Assembly: GCA_965222075.1 (NCBI GenBank)
Contig: OZ244937.1
Location: 1,504,001-1,568,000, forward strand
Length of the DNA: 64,000 nt
Reading direction: 5' to 3'
Source: Candidatus Latescibacterota bacterium
Lineage (GTDB): Bacteria; Latescibacterota; UBA2968; GCA-2709665
This document shows, in pieces, positions 9,143 through 19,916 of this stretch (position 1 is its first letter; every line of letters begins with the position of its first letter). Below the pieces are notes generated by a model. It was not told the DNA's origin. It saw only the letters and a list, made by a program, of their open reading frames with translations, and ran no database searches. The position numbers were made by a program, and so were the translations under genes.

Positions 9143-12100
9143 TTAGAAGTTCGCACGAATGCCGAACACCATCTCCCTCGGGTTCCCGTAATACCGCGAC
9201 CGATCGCTGAGATCGCCGTACTTCAGGTAGTCGGGATCGTTAGGTCGAGGCGCCTGCAGCCCCCACTGAATGTAGTCGAATCCGCTTGACACCGAGTCCT
9301 TCTGATTGAATACATTGAAAGCCTCAAGATAAAGGGAAAACTCACCCCTGGCGAACGGGAAGCTCTTCTCCACGTGCATATCCGTCCAGGTGCGGATTGC
9401 CCGGTGCCGGACCTCCCGCCTGCCCGTCGGGGGATTGTAGTTGAAATTGCTGCCCGTGTAGATCCGGTAGATCAGATTCACCCGCCAGTTGGCAAACACA
9501 GGACTGCCGAACAACCTCACGTTTGGACCATAATCCGGCGATGTGGCGTAGAGAAACTGCGCACTCCCCGAGTTCCGGACGTCGCTCCTTGGGCTGATGC
9601 CTCCCGAATAGGCCCTGGGCATCATCCAGAGGTGGTTCTCATCGATGTCATCAAACCCGGTGTACCCCCACTCCTTCATCGGAGCCAAAGTCCCATAGTA
9701 GTACCTGCCGCTTATGGACTGGTTCCTGTTGTTTCTATGGTTCTGCAGATATCTGTTCAGATAACTCCCCGCCCCGGCCAACTCCTCCTCCGCCAGGTAC
9801 ACGGGCACCTCCCGGCCGCCTTCCACCTTGAAATCCGACCAGTAGCGCGGCGTTCCATCGGCGTAGGGCGTCGATATCCAAATCGAATCCGGTACTATGT
9901 CGTTCCGATAATTCCCGTTCCGCCCGTCGGTAAACCACCGCAGGTTGTAGGCCACCCGGAACGAGAAGTTCCCGCTGAACCGCTTCTTGAGCGACATCTC
10001 CAATCCCCGGATGTCCTCGAAGTGCTGGTTGCCCAGGCTGAGGATGTACCTCCGCACCCACCGCCTCTTATCCCCCTGAAGCGTGGACGACCCGGGCCTC
10101 CGGTACTGGTTCGACTGGCTCTTGTAGAAAATCGAGGACGCCAGGACGAAGTCGGACACAAAGTTCCAGTCTACCCCGACCTCGAAGCTGACGTTCTTCT
10201 CAACCTTGAACTTCGAGCTGCCCTGACCGCCTCGCACTGGATAGGAGACGATTCCCGTATTGAAGAATTCGGATGCATCGATCACCCCGTTGTTGTCCCA
10301 GTCCTGGTCCTGGCTCGACGTCAGCCAGTCCTGGTTGTACAGGTAGTAGAGGCTCGGCCACTGCGCAAACTGTCCGATAAAAAAGTGCACCGTTGACCGG
10401 TCCGTGATCGGGTGAGACACCCCCAGACGCGGACTCAGCTTGAAACGCGGCGGCTGGTCTTTAAGCGGCACGTTCTGGAAGCGTGTATAGGTGAGGTACA
10501 TCGGCATCTTGGCAGCGTGCGGCAAGAACGGCACGTGGTCCCACGGATCTAACCAGTCGAAACGCACACCGGCATTGATGATCAGGCCTTCGAACTCCAT
10601 CTTGTCCTGGAGGTACAAGGCGCCGATAATCGGTCCTGCGGGCTGGCCCAGGAACACGCCGTTCTTGCCCGAAAGTTCGAGCCGCCGGCGCACGGCCGTA
10701 TCCCGGGTGACCCTGGTGGTCCAGATACTGTGCTTCACAAGGTCCAGGCCCGCCTTGACAAAGTGCCCCCGCGTCACCTGGCTGGAAAAGTCCGCCTTCA
10801 ACTGCCAGCTCGTCCGGCTCTTCTGCTCGAACTGCCGGACGTGACGGTACACGGTAAACCACCCATCCCTGTCCCTCTGAGGATCGAGCGTGGCCTTCTG
10901 GCCGCCCGGCACCTGGCTCGTGTCCTGCATCGACGAAGACCGCGCGATCCGCACCTCGTAGAACGTCCGCGGCGACAGCGTATGCGTGAGCGTCACGTAT
11001 TCCGTGTGGTCCGTATTCCTGTTCTTGCCCGAGCCAGACCACTCCATGGGCAGGAAGATATTCCTCCCGCTATCACCCAGCCCCTTCACAATCCCCCCGC
11101 TTACCCAGTACGAAACGTCTTGCTCAACGTAGCGGGAGAACCTCCGGAACATACCGCCGACCTTCAGCTTCAAGTTCTGGGACGGCCGAAAGGTCCCGTT
11201 ATAACTCATGTTAGTGTACCCGACAGACGGAATCAGCGCCCCGTTGGGCAGCTCAAACCCACTCTTCAGAGGCGCCGGCAGAGGACTGGCCAGCCGGCTG
11301 ATGTCTGCGGCAACCATAAAGCTCGAATTGTCCGTAAGCGGGCCCGAAACGTTCACGTCAAAAGCGTGCCCCCCAACCTCCGTGTAGTCAATACGCTCGT
11401 GGGCCAGACCCTGCACGTCATCCTCCGTGCCGAGTACCCCGTCCGGACCCACCGCGGCGTAGGTCTCATTCTCCCACGCGGCATTTCCCCACTTCATCTT
11501 GTCCTTGTGAATTGGGGCCTCGTAGACATTGGCTCCCCAGTGCTTCTTGCCCGCAGGCGTGTAGCGGTACTCCCCCCAGGCGTGGTAATCCGGTGCGCCT
11601 TCCCGGGTCACCACGCTGATCACGCCGCCCTGGGCGTTTCCGTACTCGGCCTCCATACCTCCCGTCACCAGCGCGATCTCCTGCGCCGCCGTCTTGCTCA
11701 ACCCGGCGAAGATCTGCCGGCCCACCCCCCTCTGATAGCCGGCCTGGGTGCTGTGCGACACCTGCACGCCGTCTACATAGTAGATAATGTCATTTCCGTC
11801 CCCACGGGAACCGGACGTCCCTATTTCCGAAGAGCGTACCGATTCCTCACCCCCGACGTCTGCGCCCGGCTGGAGGGCAACCACCTCGCTGGCCGTCCGC
11901 ACGATGGGCACCTCCGCAATCTCCGCCTCACCCACCACATATTTGCTCGACGTCTTGTCCACCTCCACGAGCGGACGCTCCACGGTCACCACGATCTCCG
12001 CCGCCTCAATCGCGGTCTCGGTTAATTTGAAATTCACCTCCGACGTAAAATCCGCCCGAACATCCACATCCGTCTTCGTCTGGTTGTTGTACCCGACCAT

Positions 12101-12355
12101 AGACGCCGTCAGGCTGTATATACCCGGCTCCACTGTCAGGATTACGTAGTAGCCTTCCGCATCTGTGGTCGTACCCCGCCGCGTACCCACAATCACCACA
12201 CTCGCCCCCGGCAGGGGCTGGCCCATCTCATCTAAGACGGTCCCGGTGATCTTCCCCGTCGTCCCGGCAGCAGCCAGCGACGGCAACACCAACAAGAGGC
12301 AGAGGGCACCAAAGGCCCATCCTGCCTTGCCAAATACCCTGCTGTTAATTCCCAT
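9143..12355 (-). CDS. TonB-dependent receptor with N-terminal carboxypeptidase-regulatory-like domain
   Basis: Signal peptide; GTTGKITG...PLPGASV; plug motif GGMEAEYGNAQGGVI; SPRLGVSHPIT; C-terminal PRE...F. Confidence 0.9.
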   Translation of the reverse strand: MGINSRVFGKAGWAFGALCLLLVLPSLAAAGTTGKITGTVLDEMGQPLPGASVVIVGTRRGTTTDAEGYYVILTVEPGIYSLTASMVGYNNQTKTDVDVRADFTSEVNFKLTETAIEAAEIVVTVERPLVEVDKTSSKYVVGEAEIAEVPIVRTASEVVALQPGADVGGEESVRSSEIGTSGSRGDGNDIIYYVDGVQVSHSTQAGYQRGVGRQIFAGLSKTAAQEIALVTGGMEAEYGNAQGGVISVVTREGAPDYHAWGEYRYTPAGKKHWGANVYEAPIHKDKMKWGNAAWENETYAAVGPDGVLGTEDDVQGLAHERIDYTEVGGHAFDVNVSGPLTDNSSFMVAADISRLASPLPAPLKSGFELPNGALIPSVGYTNMSYNGTFRPSQNLKLKVGGMFRRFSRYVEQDVSYWVSGGIVKGLGDSGRNIFLPMEWSGSGKNRNTDHTEYVTLTHTLSPRTFYEVRIARSSSMQDTSQVPGGQKATLDPQRDRDGWFTVYRHVRQFEQKSRTSWQLKADFSSQVTRGHFVKAGLDLVKHSIWTTRVTRDTAVRRRLELSGKNGVFLGQPAGPIIGALYLQDKMEFEGLIINAGVRFDWLDPWDHVPFLPHAAKMPMYLTYTRFQNVPLKDQPPRFKLSPRLGVSHPITDRSTVHFFIGQFAQWPSLYYLYNQDWLTSSQDQDWDNNGVIDASEFFNTGIVSYPVRGGQGSSKFKVEKNVSFEVGVDWNFVSDFVLASSIFYKSQSNQYRRPGSSTLQGDKRRWVRRYILSLGNQHFEDIRGLEMSLKKRFSGNFSFRVAYNLRWFTDGRNGNYRNDIVPDSIWISTPYADGTPRYWSDFKVEGGREVPVYLAEEELAGAGSYLNRYLQNHRNNRNQSISGRYYYGTLAPMKEWGYTGFDDIDENHLWMMPRAYSGGISPRSDVRNSGSAQFLYATSPDYGPNVRLFGSPVFANWRVNLIYRIYTGSNFNYNPPTGRREVRHRAIRTWTDMHVEKSFPFARGEFSLYLEAFNVFNQKDSVSSGFDYIQWGLQAPRPNDPDYLKYGDLSDRSRYYGNPREMVFGIRANF

Positions 12356-12380
12356 ATTTCTATACCCCCCTTACTTGAGG

Positions 12381-13100
12381 TTACCGGCCCGATTCGTAGA
12401 ACCTCACCGCTATCCCAAAATCGAGCATCTGCAGCGGCCACGCCTCCTTCACCTCCCAGGCCTCCCGGGAATTGAGCTGCCCGAGGATGAAGTTGTAGCG
12501 TATCCGAAAGTCGAGGGCCAGGTTCTTCGTCAAAAACCGCTCCGCCCCCAACCCCCAATTCATCCCCAACGCTGTTCGCGTATCCTGCTGGGGTTCCAAA
12601 AGCAAACTCATATCCAGCGGTTCGGCCGACTGGGCCGGAAAGATCAACCCGGAAAGGGTGTTGTTGTAATCGTAAAACCCACCTCCTACAGTAACATAAG
12701 GCGACGTCTTCTGCGCCTGGAACAGGTCCGATTGATCCCCCAGGCGGACCAGGAAATTGATCACCACGGTGTTGATCTCCATGTCGGCCGCCGCCCGTGG
12801 GCTCTTGTACTGCTTGCCATCCACGGCCCACAGGAACGTCCGATCTTCGATCTTCCCATTGTGGTAGTTCGCACGGTGGTACTCAAACTCCATCGTCACC
12901 CTGGAGTCCATCGAATGGAGGAGGGTCGCTCCCCACTTCGCCGATTTCGTATACCACCCGTCACGCAGTGCAAACAAGGGCATGTTGTAATTGATAAACA
13001 CGCCGCCGCCGAACCGCCTGTAGTCCTGCGCATCAGCCAAGGTTGGCAAAAACAGAAGCAAGAAGCCAACGAACCCCAGGAATCTCCATCTGTTTTTCAA
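12381..13100 (-). CDS. Small outer-membrane beta-barrel protein
   Basis: Signal peptide (ADA-Q); alternating amphipathic strands, PYVTVGGG; SD GGAGG. Confidence 0.75.
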   Translation of the reverse strand: MKNRWRFLGFVGFLLLFLPTLADAQDYRRFGGGVFINYNMPLFALRDGWYTKSAKWGATLLHSMDSRVTMEFEYHRANYHNGKIEDRTFLWAVDGKQYKSPRAAADMEINTVVINFLVRLGDQSDLFQAQKTSPYVTVGGGFYDYNNTLSGLIFPAQSAEPLDMSLLLEPQQDTRTALGMNWGLGAERFLTKNLALDFRIRYNFILGQLNSREAWEVKEAWPLQMLDFGIAVRFYESGR

Positions 13101-13189
13101 AACCGAACCTCCTTATCTTCTGCATGCTGTCGAACCGAAACAACTCGACTGCTACCCTTCAACACTCACGTTCTGCGCATCCCCTCCTT

Positions 13190-13536
13190 TCTCTAATTTA
13201 ATCCGATTCAATGGCTAACTGCATATAGTCTCAGCAGCCAGTCCTTCATAACCCCTCTTCCCAAATCTTATAATTGTCACTAATCAAAAAACATAAAATA
13301 TAAGAAATTATAATAAATTTCCTCATTAATCCTTATCCAATGCCAATTATAATTAGGAGACACGTCTTTTGTCAAGTGTTTTTTTGAAAGATCATGAGAT
13401 TGAAAACAAACACAAAGAACCGACTATGGTGGGAAGAAGACGATCCAGTGATGAAACCTATTGATAAAAACCGCATGAATCCATATATTTAAAAAGACAA
13501 TCGGATCATAAAACCGATTTAAATTCGGAGATTTAT
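13190..13536. promoter_or_regulatory. Very AT-rich divergent promoter region
   Basis: Sharp AT-rich stretch between divergent genes; palindromes AATTATAATT (~13345) and CCGATTTAAATTCGG (~13514). Confidence 0.5.
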
Positions 13537-16089
13537 GTGATGAAAAACACGTCTACACACTTTCCGAATACGCGCTTCCGCCTCTGTTTGCTCTTCTGGA
13601 TGATTCCGCTGGGGCCTGCACTCCCCGTCTCGGCCCAGGAGGTTCAAGAGGCGTCAGAAATTGTGCTTTCTCAAGCCGAACGGGACACCCTGATCGCCCT
13701 GGGAGAGCGACAGATGCGCGCAGGCGAACTCAGCGGGGCAGTCGACACCTTCACCCGCCTCGTTCAGGTCTACCCCCGGGATGCCCGTTTGCTCACCCGG
13801 CTCGGCCAGGCCCTCCTCAAAAACAGGGACTTCGATGCGGCCGCGGAGACCTTCAAGGCGGCCAAAAAGCTGGACAAAACCCGTCCCGACGCCTATGTGG
13901 GCCTCGGGCTGGTCTATGCGGAGAAACCCGCCAAGGGAATGGGCGCCTTCTACAACTTCCGCCGCGCCTTGGGGGAAGCCAAGCGGGCGACCAAGATCGA
14001 CTCGACCTACGGACCGGCTTACCGGCTCCTGGGAGAGGTCTACCAGCGCTTTCGGGAGGACTACGAAAAGGCGATCAACTACTACTCAAAATACGTTGAA
14101 CTGGAGCCCGACAACCTGGACGGCCTCTACTACTTCGGGCTGGCCTGCGTACAGGCCAGGAATTATGAAAAGATCAACCGGCACATCGCCCCCTACATGA
14201 AGAAAAACCCCCGGGAGGTAAGACTGCTGCCCCTGGTGGCCCAGGGATATTTCTTCCGGGAGGAGTTCGAGCTGGCCCTGGAGCACTTCGAGCGCTATCT
14301 TCAGCACCTGGACGAGCAGGAGTACGGGCTTCATACCGACATCACCCTTGTCGCTTCCAAAAAGGAGCTTGAGGACTACCGCTCCACCCCCGAGGATGAA
14401 CGCATCGCCTATCTGGAACAGTTCTGGAAGCGGCGGGACCCGGACATTCTGACCAGCATCAACGAGCGCATTATCGAGCACTACCGCCGGGTCTGGTATG
14501 CCCGGACCTTTTTTGCGGATAAGGTCCACCCCTGGGACAGGCGGGGGGAAGTCTACATCCGCTACGGAGAGCCGGATTACCGGTCCCGCTCCATTCAGAG
14601 GAAGTTCACTCAGAGCCCCGCAGTCGAGGCCCTGCGCACCCGCAAGGCCGTGGAGATGTACGGGCACGAGGCCGCCTATCTCTCCTTTTCCGGTCCGGTC
14701 TTTCCCATACGAACGCACAGCGAGGCCTACGGCGTTGACCAGTTTGACCTCCTGGCTGATGCCGATGCGGGGCCCGGCTCCAACCCCGACGGGACATCCC
14801 TCCCCGACCCGGGCGAATCCCCTGCTGTGGAGGACGCCCTTGTGAGTGGGGATGACGTCACTGCCTCAGTCGTGCAGGACCTTATCGGAGGCTTTGGCGG
14901 TCAAGAGATGGAGACGGAAGCATTCGGCGGCGAAATGCCCGATATAACCCACTTTGACGAATCGATGGGCCTGAATCTCCAGCTCAATTTCGACGGCTAC
15001 GCCCCCGTCACCATGCGCAACACGGGTGCCCTGGTGCCCTGGGAGACGTGGGTCTACACTCAGATCAAAGGGGGAATGGAAATCACCTTCACCGACGAGA
15101 CGGGCAACGGACAGTTCGACTTCGCCCCCGTTCCTCCGCTTCTCAACGCCGGGAAAAGAACGGTCCGCCGCGCCGCGCACATCCTCCAGCACGCGCCCGA
15201 AGTGATCTATCGGAAGGCCGCCGCCGACATCCCCGACTACTACCGTCCAGGCATCCAGGGCGAGCCGCTCAACTTCTACTACGATCTGGCCAACTTCCGC
15301 GGCCCGGCCGGACAATCCACCCTCGAGGTCTACTACGGCATTCCGCCCGCCCAGGTCGAAACCGTCCGGGAGGCCGACACCTCCTTTATCCGCGTGAAGT
15401 GCTTCCTGGCCTTAGCCGATGAGGGCCACACCCAGATCTACCGGGACGCAAAAGAGTTGCTCTATCACGGGGCCGATTCCCTCAGCCAGTCCAGAGGTAC
15501 CTTCGTCCCCGAAATCCTGAAACTTGAGGTGCCCCCCGGAAAATACGAACTCCAGGTCCAGCTCAAGGACCAGGTTTCGGGGCACGTCGGCCTCTACAAA
15601 CAGGCCGTGGAAGTCAGGGACTACTGGCAGGACGCCCTGCAGATCAGCGACATCCAGCTCGCTTCGAGCATCAGCGAGGAAGGGCATCTCGACCAGTTCA
15701 AGAAGGGCGACATCTGGATCATCCCCATGCCCTCCCGGGTCTACGGCAAAGCGCAGAAGGTCTACATCTATTACGAGATCTACAACCTGACAAAGAACAG
15801 CTTCGGCCAGACGCGCTACAAGACGCGGTACGCAGTCCGGTCCAGCTTCCAGTCCGGTTCGGGCGCCCTCCAGACCGTCGCCAGGGGGTTTCGCTTCCTC
15901 TTCAAACGGCGAAAGCCCCAGGTCTCGGTCACCCACACGCAGACCGGGACCGAGCCGACGCAGCAGGAATACTTCGAACTCGACCTGACCAAGGTAAAGC
16001 GGGGGGTCAACACCCTGGAGGTCACCATCACCGACGAGGTCAGCGGCCAATCCGCCACCCATGAAATCCGCTTCCGGCTGGGAACTTAG
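13537..16089 (+). CDS. TPR-repeat + GWxTD-domain protein
   Basis: Signal peptide; several TPR-like helical repeats; FWKRRDPD...NERIIEHYRR...WDRRGEVYIRYGEPD; LQISDIQLA. Confidence 0.85.
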   Translation: MMKNTSTHFPNTRFRLCLLFWMIPLGPALPVSAQEVQEASEIVLSQAERDTLIALGERQMRAGELSGAVDTFTRLVQVYPRDARLLTRLGQALLKNRDFDAAAETFKAAKKLDKTRPDAYVGLGLVYAEKPAKGMGAFYNFRRALGEAKRATKIDSTYGPAYRLLGEVYQRFREDYEKAINYYSKYVELEPDNLDGLYYFGLACVQARNYEKINRHIAPYMKKNPREVRLLPLVAQGYFFREEFELALEHFERYLQHLDEQEYGLHTDITLVASKKELEDYRSTPEDERIAYLEQFWKRRDPDILTSINERIIEHYRRVWYARTFFADKVHPWDRRGEVYIRYGEPDYRSRSIQRKFTQSPAVEALRTRKAVEMYGHEAAYLSFSGPVFPIRTHSEAYGVDQFDLLADADAGPGSNPDGTSLPDPGESPAVEDALVSGDDVTASVVQDLIGGFGGQEMETEAFGGEMPDITHFDESMGLNLQLNFDGYAPVTMRNTGALVPWETWVYTQIKGGMEITFTDETGNGQFDFAPVPPLLNAGKRTVRRAAHILQHAPEVIYRKAAADIPDYYRPGIQGEPLNFYYDLANFRGPAGQSTLEVYYGIPPAQVETVREADTSFIRVKCFLALADEGHTQIYRDAKELLYHGADSLSQSRGTFVPEILKLEVPPGKYELQVQLKDQVSGHVGLYKQAVEVRDYWQDALQISDIQLASSISEEGHLDQFKKGDIWIIPMPSRVYGKAQKVYIYYEIYNLTKNSFGQTRYKTRYAVRSSFQSGSGALQTVARGFRFLFKRRKPQVSVTHTQTGTEPTQQEYFELDLTKVKRGVNTLEVTITDEVSGQSATHEIRFRLGT

Positions 16090-16150
16090 GAAACCCTCAG
16101 GCGATTTGGGGCCCAGCCCCCGACCCATCTCGATTTCGAAATCACCCGGA

Positions 16151-19100
16151 TCATACCCGACTCAGCGCCGTCACAACGCCCGCGTCTGTACCCACCAGCA
16201 GGCCGGACGCCTCGGGCAGCGCCAGGCGGGTCAACACCGTCACGCCCCCATCCAGCCGGTGGCTCCCGATAACCTCCCCCCCAAGGGACAGGAACACAAT
16301 CCATCCTTCGGAAGTCCCCGCAACGATCACCTCTTCTTCACCGGCCTCAAAAAGGACCAGTCCGGTCACCGCCCCGTTCAGATCCCGGCGCCAGCGCTTC
16401 TCTCCCCGGCCGCTCAACAGCGCCACATGCCCGCTCTCGCTCCCCGCTACAAATCCGGTCCCGCCTACCACCACGCCGTGCCGAACATCGTCCCCCAGGT
16501 TCGCTGTCCAGAGGATCTCTCCGGAGATCGAATCAACCACGTAGACATTCCCATCCATCGCCCCGTAAACCGATTCCTTCACCCCGTCTCCATTCAGATC
16601 CACAAGCGCCAGCGCCGTAAAACAGGGGCCCCCTCGAACCGTCCACCGGATCCCCCCATCGGCCTCTAACAGATTCGACGTATAATACTCCGCGCCCACC
16701 AGGATCTCCTGTTTTCCGTCTCCCTCCACATCTCCAATCACCAGCGTCCGTGCCGCGTGGTGTTCGATCTGCCGCTGCCAGATCTCCTCGCCATCCGGCG
16801 TCAGCGCCCACACCAGCCACCCGTCCGTAGCCGTCAGGATCACCTTCTCTCCGTCTCCTGTCAGATCCGCCGTCGTCACCGCGTTCACATTCTGATCCAC
16901 CCCGTGCGACTCGGCAAACGCCCGCCTCCAGCAAACCCTTCCGGCAGAATCGAACAGCGTCAGCGCACAGTCCCGCCCCCCGGCCAGAAGCCCCCCCTCC
17001 TCCAGATCCGTCAGGTGCACGGCGCGCACTTCCGCGCCCGTCTCGTGCGCCCACAGGACCTGCCCGTCCCGGTCCAGCAGGAGAACCTGCCCGCCGGACG
17101 TCCCCACCGCGGTGGATTTACCCCTCGTATCCGCGCATCGAACCGGGGCCTCTACCTGCGCCTCCCAGATTGGCCTGAGCGGCAGTGTATCCTTCGGCAC
17201 AAAACCGTGCGCTTTAGGCACCCGCCGATGCGTGTAGGGCGCGCCGGACCGAACAGCTCCGCTCAGCGCATCCAGAAATCCGGGCTCGAAAGCCATTTTG
17301 TGCGTTCCAGCCGAAAGCCTGTCCAGTGCAGGCGCTACCTCCCCGTCAAAGCAAATACCCGGCATATTGCGCACCCTCACCCGGGTCTCCTCTTTCACCC
17401 GCACCTCACCCCGTCCCTCACCCGGATATACCACCAGATGCACCGGCGCCTCACTCTCAAATAACGCCTCGCCCGCCCACAGTCCTCTCCCGTTGAGCAG
17501 CACGATGGACGCTTCGGTCAACGCAAAAGCCTCCGCAGCAATACGGAACCCGCCCACCTGCGCCTCACCTTCCGCCACCCCGAAAACCGTCGAGCCGTCC
17601 GGGTGCTCCACCCTCACCAGGCCCTCGCCGATCCGCTCAATTCGGCACGCATCGACCTCCGCCTCCGACCCGGCCGCCATCAGGTTGAAATACCGCTCCA
17701 CATCTCCGGACTGACCATGCAGCGCCTTGTGCTGATTGAAAATCCGGATCAGACCGTCTGCATACGCGTATGCTTCATAGGGGTCGGTTCCCGCAACACG
17801 GGGCGCTTCCGTCACGAGGGACTTATCCGAATCATCCGCATTTCGAATCCGGAAAAACACCCCCTCCTGCTCCACGGTCAGCTCACTCCCCTCCTGACGC
17901 ACCTCCCCAAGCGTCCGCCACAGGCACCGCAGATCGTAATCCGCGTCCTTCAGGAGCTTGAGCGAGTCTGCAACCAGCAGGAACTTCCCCTTCACCCAGA
18001 AAATATCCCGCGTCCAGTCCACCCCGTCGTATTCCGGCACAGCCGTCCTTGTGAAAGCGGCCTCTCCGAAGTCTTCCGCCCACTTCAACCCCACCAGCGG
18101 CGGCACCTCCACACTTTCTCCATCGCAGATCGACACAACCGACGAGTGGTGCCGAGGACGTTTCCAGATGTAATCCAACTCCGCCAGCCACATCCGCCCT
18201 TTCCACGTCAGTCGCTCGATCGAATTGCCGTCCTCGTGCCCGTGCGCAAACGTCGAGGTCCCGTCCAGCAGGAGATAGAGGTCCTCCTCCTCGAAGCCCT
18301 CCCGCAGCGTCAGCTTATCAAACGCCTCTTCGAAGGGCACGTTCGCCCCACCCGGGCCGTGCCGCTCCACCCAATCGTAAAGCGACCGATTGAACGGCGC
18401 AATCGCAACCCCTGTCATCCGGTCGGGCGCCCGTTTTGGGAGCGCCCGGTAAAAACAGCCGGGATACGGTGTTCCGCCCATCCAGTCCAGCGCCCACAGA
18501 TAGCTCCCGTCCTCATAATACCAGGCCGCCGTACAGAGCGCCATCGCTAATTCGAGCGAAACCTTCTTGTGCTTGACCGCCACCTCATATCGGCCCGGCT
18601 GGATGTATGACCACATATCCCCAAAGCACACCTGTACGCCCAGGTTATCCGTAACAAGAATGCCGTAATCGGCAAAGGCCCGGAGCTGGCCGTTCTCCAG
18701 AAAGCGGAAATCGTCCCGCTTCAAATCGTAAATTACCTGGTGATACGGCGCCAGCCAGCAGTACCCCCACCACCCGCCCCCGGCATCGTCGTTCGGCTTG
18801 TAGCTCTCCGCCTGCCCGTCGAAAACCGCCCGGCAAAACCGGAGCTGTTTCTCAAATCCCTCTATCCCATAATACGTCTTGAAATATTCCGCACAGAACG
18901 ACCCGCTCAGCCCCGCAAACGTCCAGTGGTTCTGCCGGACCTCCAGGGGCGGCGGCTCCTCCCCCTTGAAATAGCTCAGGTCTGACACGTAGTTCGCCAG
19001 CCCCCACAGCACATTTGTGATCCGGAGGCGCTCCGCATCCGTAAACGCGTCGCTCTCCTCGATCAGGTCCCAGACCATGAATAGCCGCCACGCCCAGGAA

Positions 19101-19795
19101 TAAATGAACAGCATATGCTCAAACAGCCAGTTCCCACCGTAGCGGTTCCTCACCAGGTCCTCGTAGATAAACAGGGCATCCCGAAACATCCGTGCGCAGT
19201 TGAAATCGTGTGTCAGGTGGTGGACCAGCCCCAGGAAACTCCCCTGATCAACCGGGTAGTAACTGAGGTTGTTCTGAAACATCTCCGCCACCCACGCCCG
19301 GAACGCCTCCGGCGTCATCTCCGGCAGCAGCGCCTCGTGCACCTCCGACCGGGACAGATTCGTATACCCAAAGCGCCCCCCGGTCCCCTCTAAAACCCCC
19401 TCCAGCACCTCCAGCGCCGCAGCCGCACCCTCCACCCGGCTCGCGCCCACCAGCAGCATGTTGTACCCGCAGTTCTCCGGATTGTGCACCGTCCGAATCA
19501 CATACCCATCCCCACCAGGGTAAAAATCGTCCACAAACGCGTATCTTCGACGGTACAGCGCCATCAGTGCCGGGTTATTCATCGCGCTGCCCAAAAGCAC
19601 CCGGTGCCGCTCCTTAAGGGCCGAAGACCCCTTAACAATCGGCAGATCCACACCCGCATGCGCCCGGATCATCTCTTGCAGCCGCTGAGTCAGGGGCATC
19701 CAGGCCGGGTCTGCGGGCGCCACGATCTCCGCCCCTTTCCGGAGGTCTGTGATCAGGTGCATCTCCTTCAGCGTCTCAATCCGCCTCTCAGCCAT
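16151..19795 (-). CDS. Heparinase II/III-like polysaccharide lyase fused to C-terminal PQQ/FG-GAP beta-propeller (paralog A1)
   Basis: RQNH helical motif, FDKLTLR...YLLLDG...HGHEDGNSI, HHSSV; DLTGDG/DVEGDG/DLNGDG repeats; no signal peptide. Confidence 0.7.
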   Translation of the reverse strand: MAERRIETLKEMHLITDLRKGAEIVAPADPAWMPLTQRLQEMIRAHAGVDLPIVKGSSALKERHRVLLGSAMNNPALMALYRRRYAFVDDFYPGGDGYVIRTVHNPENCGYNMLLVGASRVEGAAAALEVLEGVLEGTGGRFGYTNLSRSEVHEALLPEMTPEAFRAWVAEMFQNNLSYYPVDQGSFLGLVHHLTHDFNCARMFRDALFIYEDLVRNRYGGNWLFEHMLFIYSWAWRLFMVWDLIEESDAFTDAERLRITNVLWGLANYVSDLSYFKGEEPPPLEVRQNHWTFAGLSGSFCAEYFKTYYGIEGFEKQLRFCRAVFDGQAESYKPNDDAGGGWWGYCWLAPYHQVIYDLKRDDFRFLENGQLRAFADYGILVTDNLGVQVCFGDMWSYIQPGRYEVAVKHKKVSLELAMALCTAAWYYEDGSYLWALDWMGGTPYPGCFYRALPKRAPDRMTGVAIAPFNRSLYDWVERHGPGGANVPFEEAFDKLTLREGFEEEDLYLLLDGTSTFAHGHEDGNSIERLTWKGRMWLAELDYIWKRPRHHSSVVSICDGESVEVPPLVGLKWAEDFGEAAFTRTAVPEYDGVDWTRDIFWVKGKFLLVADSLKLLKDADYDLRCLWRTLGEVRQEGSELTVEQEGVFFRIRNADDSDKSLVTEAPRVAGTDPYEAYAYADGLIRIFNQHKALHGQSGDVERYFNLMAAGSEAEVDACRIERIGEGLVRVEHPDGSTVFGVAEGEAQVGGFRIAAEAFALTEASIVLLNGRGLWAGEALFESEAPVHLVVYPGEGRGEVRVKEETRVRVRNMPGICFDGEVAPALDRLSAGTHKMAFEPGFLDALSGAVRSGAPYTHRRVPKAHGFVPKDTLPLRPIWEAQVEAPVRCADTRGKSTAVGTSGGQVLLLDRDGQVLWAHETGAEVRAVHLTDLEEGGLLAGGRDCALTLFDSAGRVCWRRAFAESHGVDQNVNAVTTADLTGDGEKVILTATDGWLVWALTPDGEEIWQRQIEHHAARTLVIGDVEGDGKQEILVGAEYYTSNLLEADGGIRWTVRGGPCFTALALVDLNGDGVKESVYGAMDGNVYVVDSISGEILWTANLGDDVRHGVVVGGTGFVAGSESGHVALLSGRGEKRWRRDLNGAVTGLVLFEAGEEEVIVAGTSEGWIVFLSLGGEVIGSHRLDGGVTVLTRLALPEASGLLVGTDAGVVTALSRV

Positions 19796-19819
19796 CGCTC
19801 ATCCTTTCTGGCATCCCTT

Positions 19820-19861
19820 CCCCAGCCCCTCTCCGATACGATACGGGGAAGGGGCCGGGGG
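19820..19861. repeat. REP-like GC hairpin (CCCCTCTCC...GGGGAAGGGG type)
   Basis: ccccagcccctctccg-atacgata-cggggaaggggccgggg, intergenic. Confidence 0.55.
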
Positions 19862-19916
19862 TCAGGTCCTGATCCCAATCAAAGGCCCTGCCCTTACATG
19901 GCATTGCTTCCATCAC

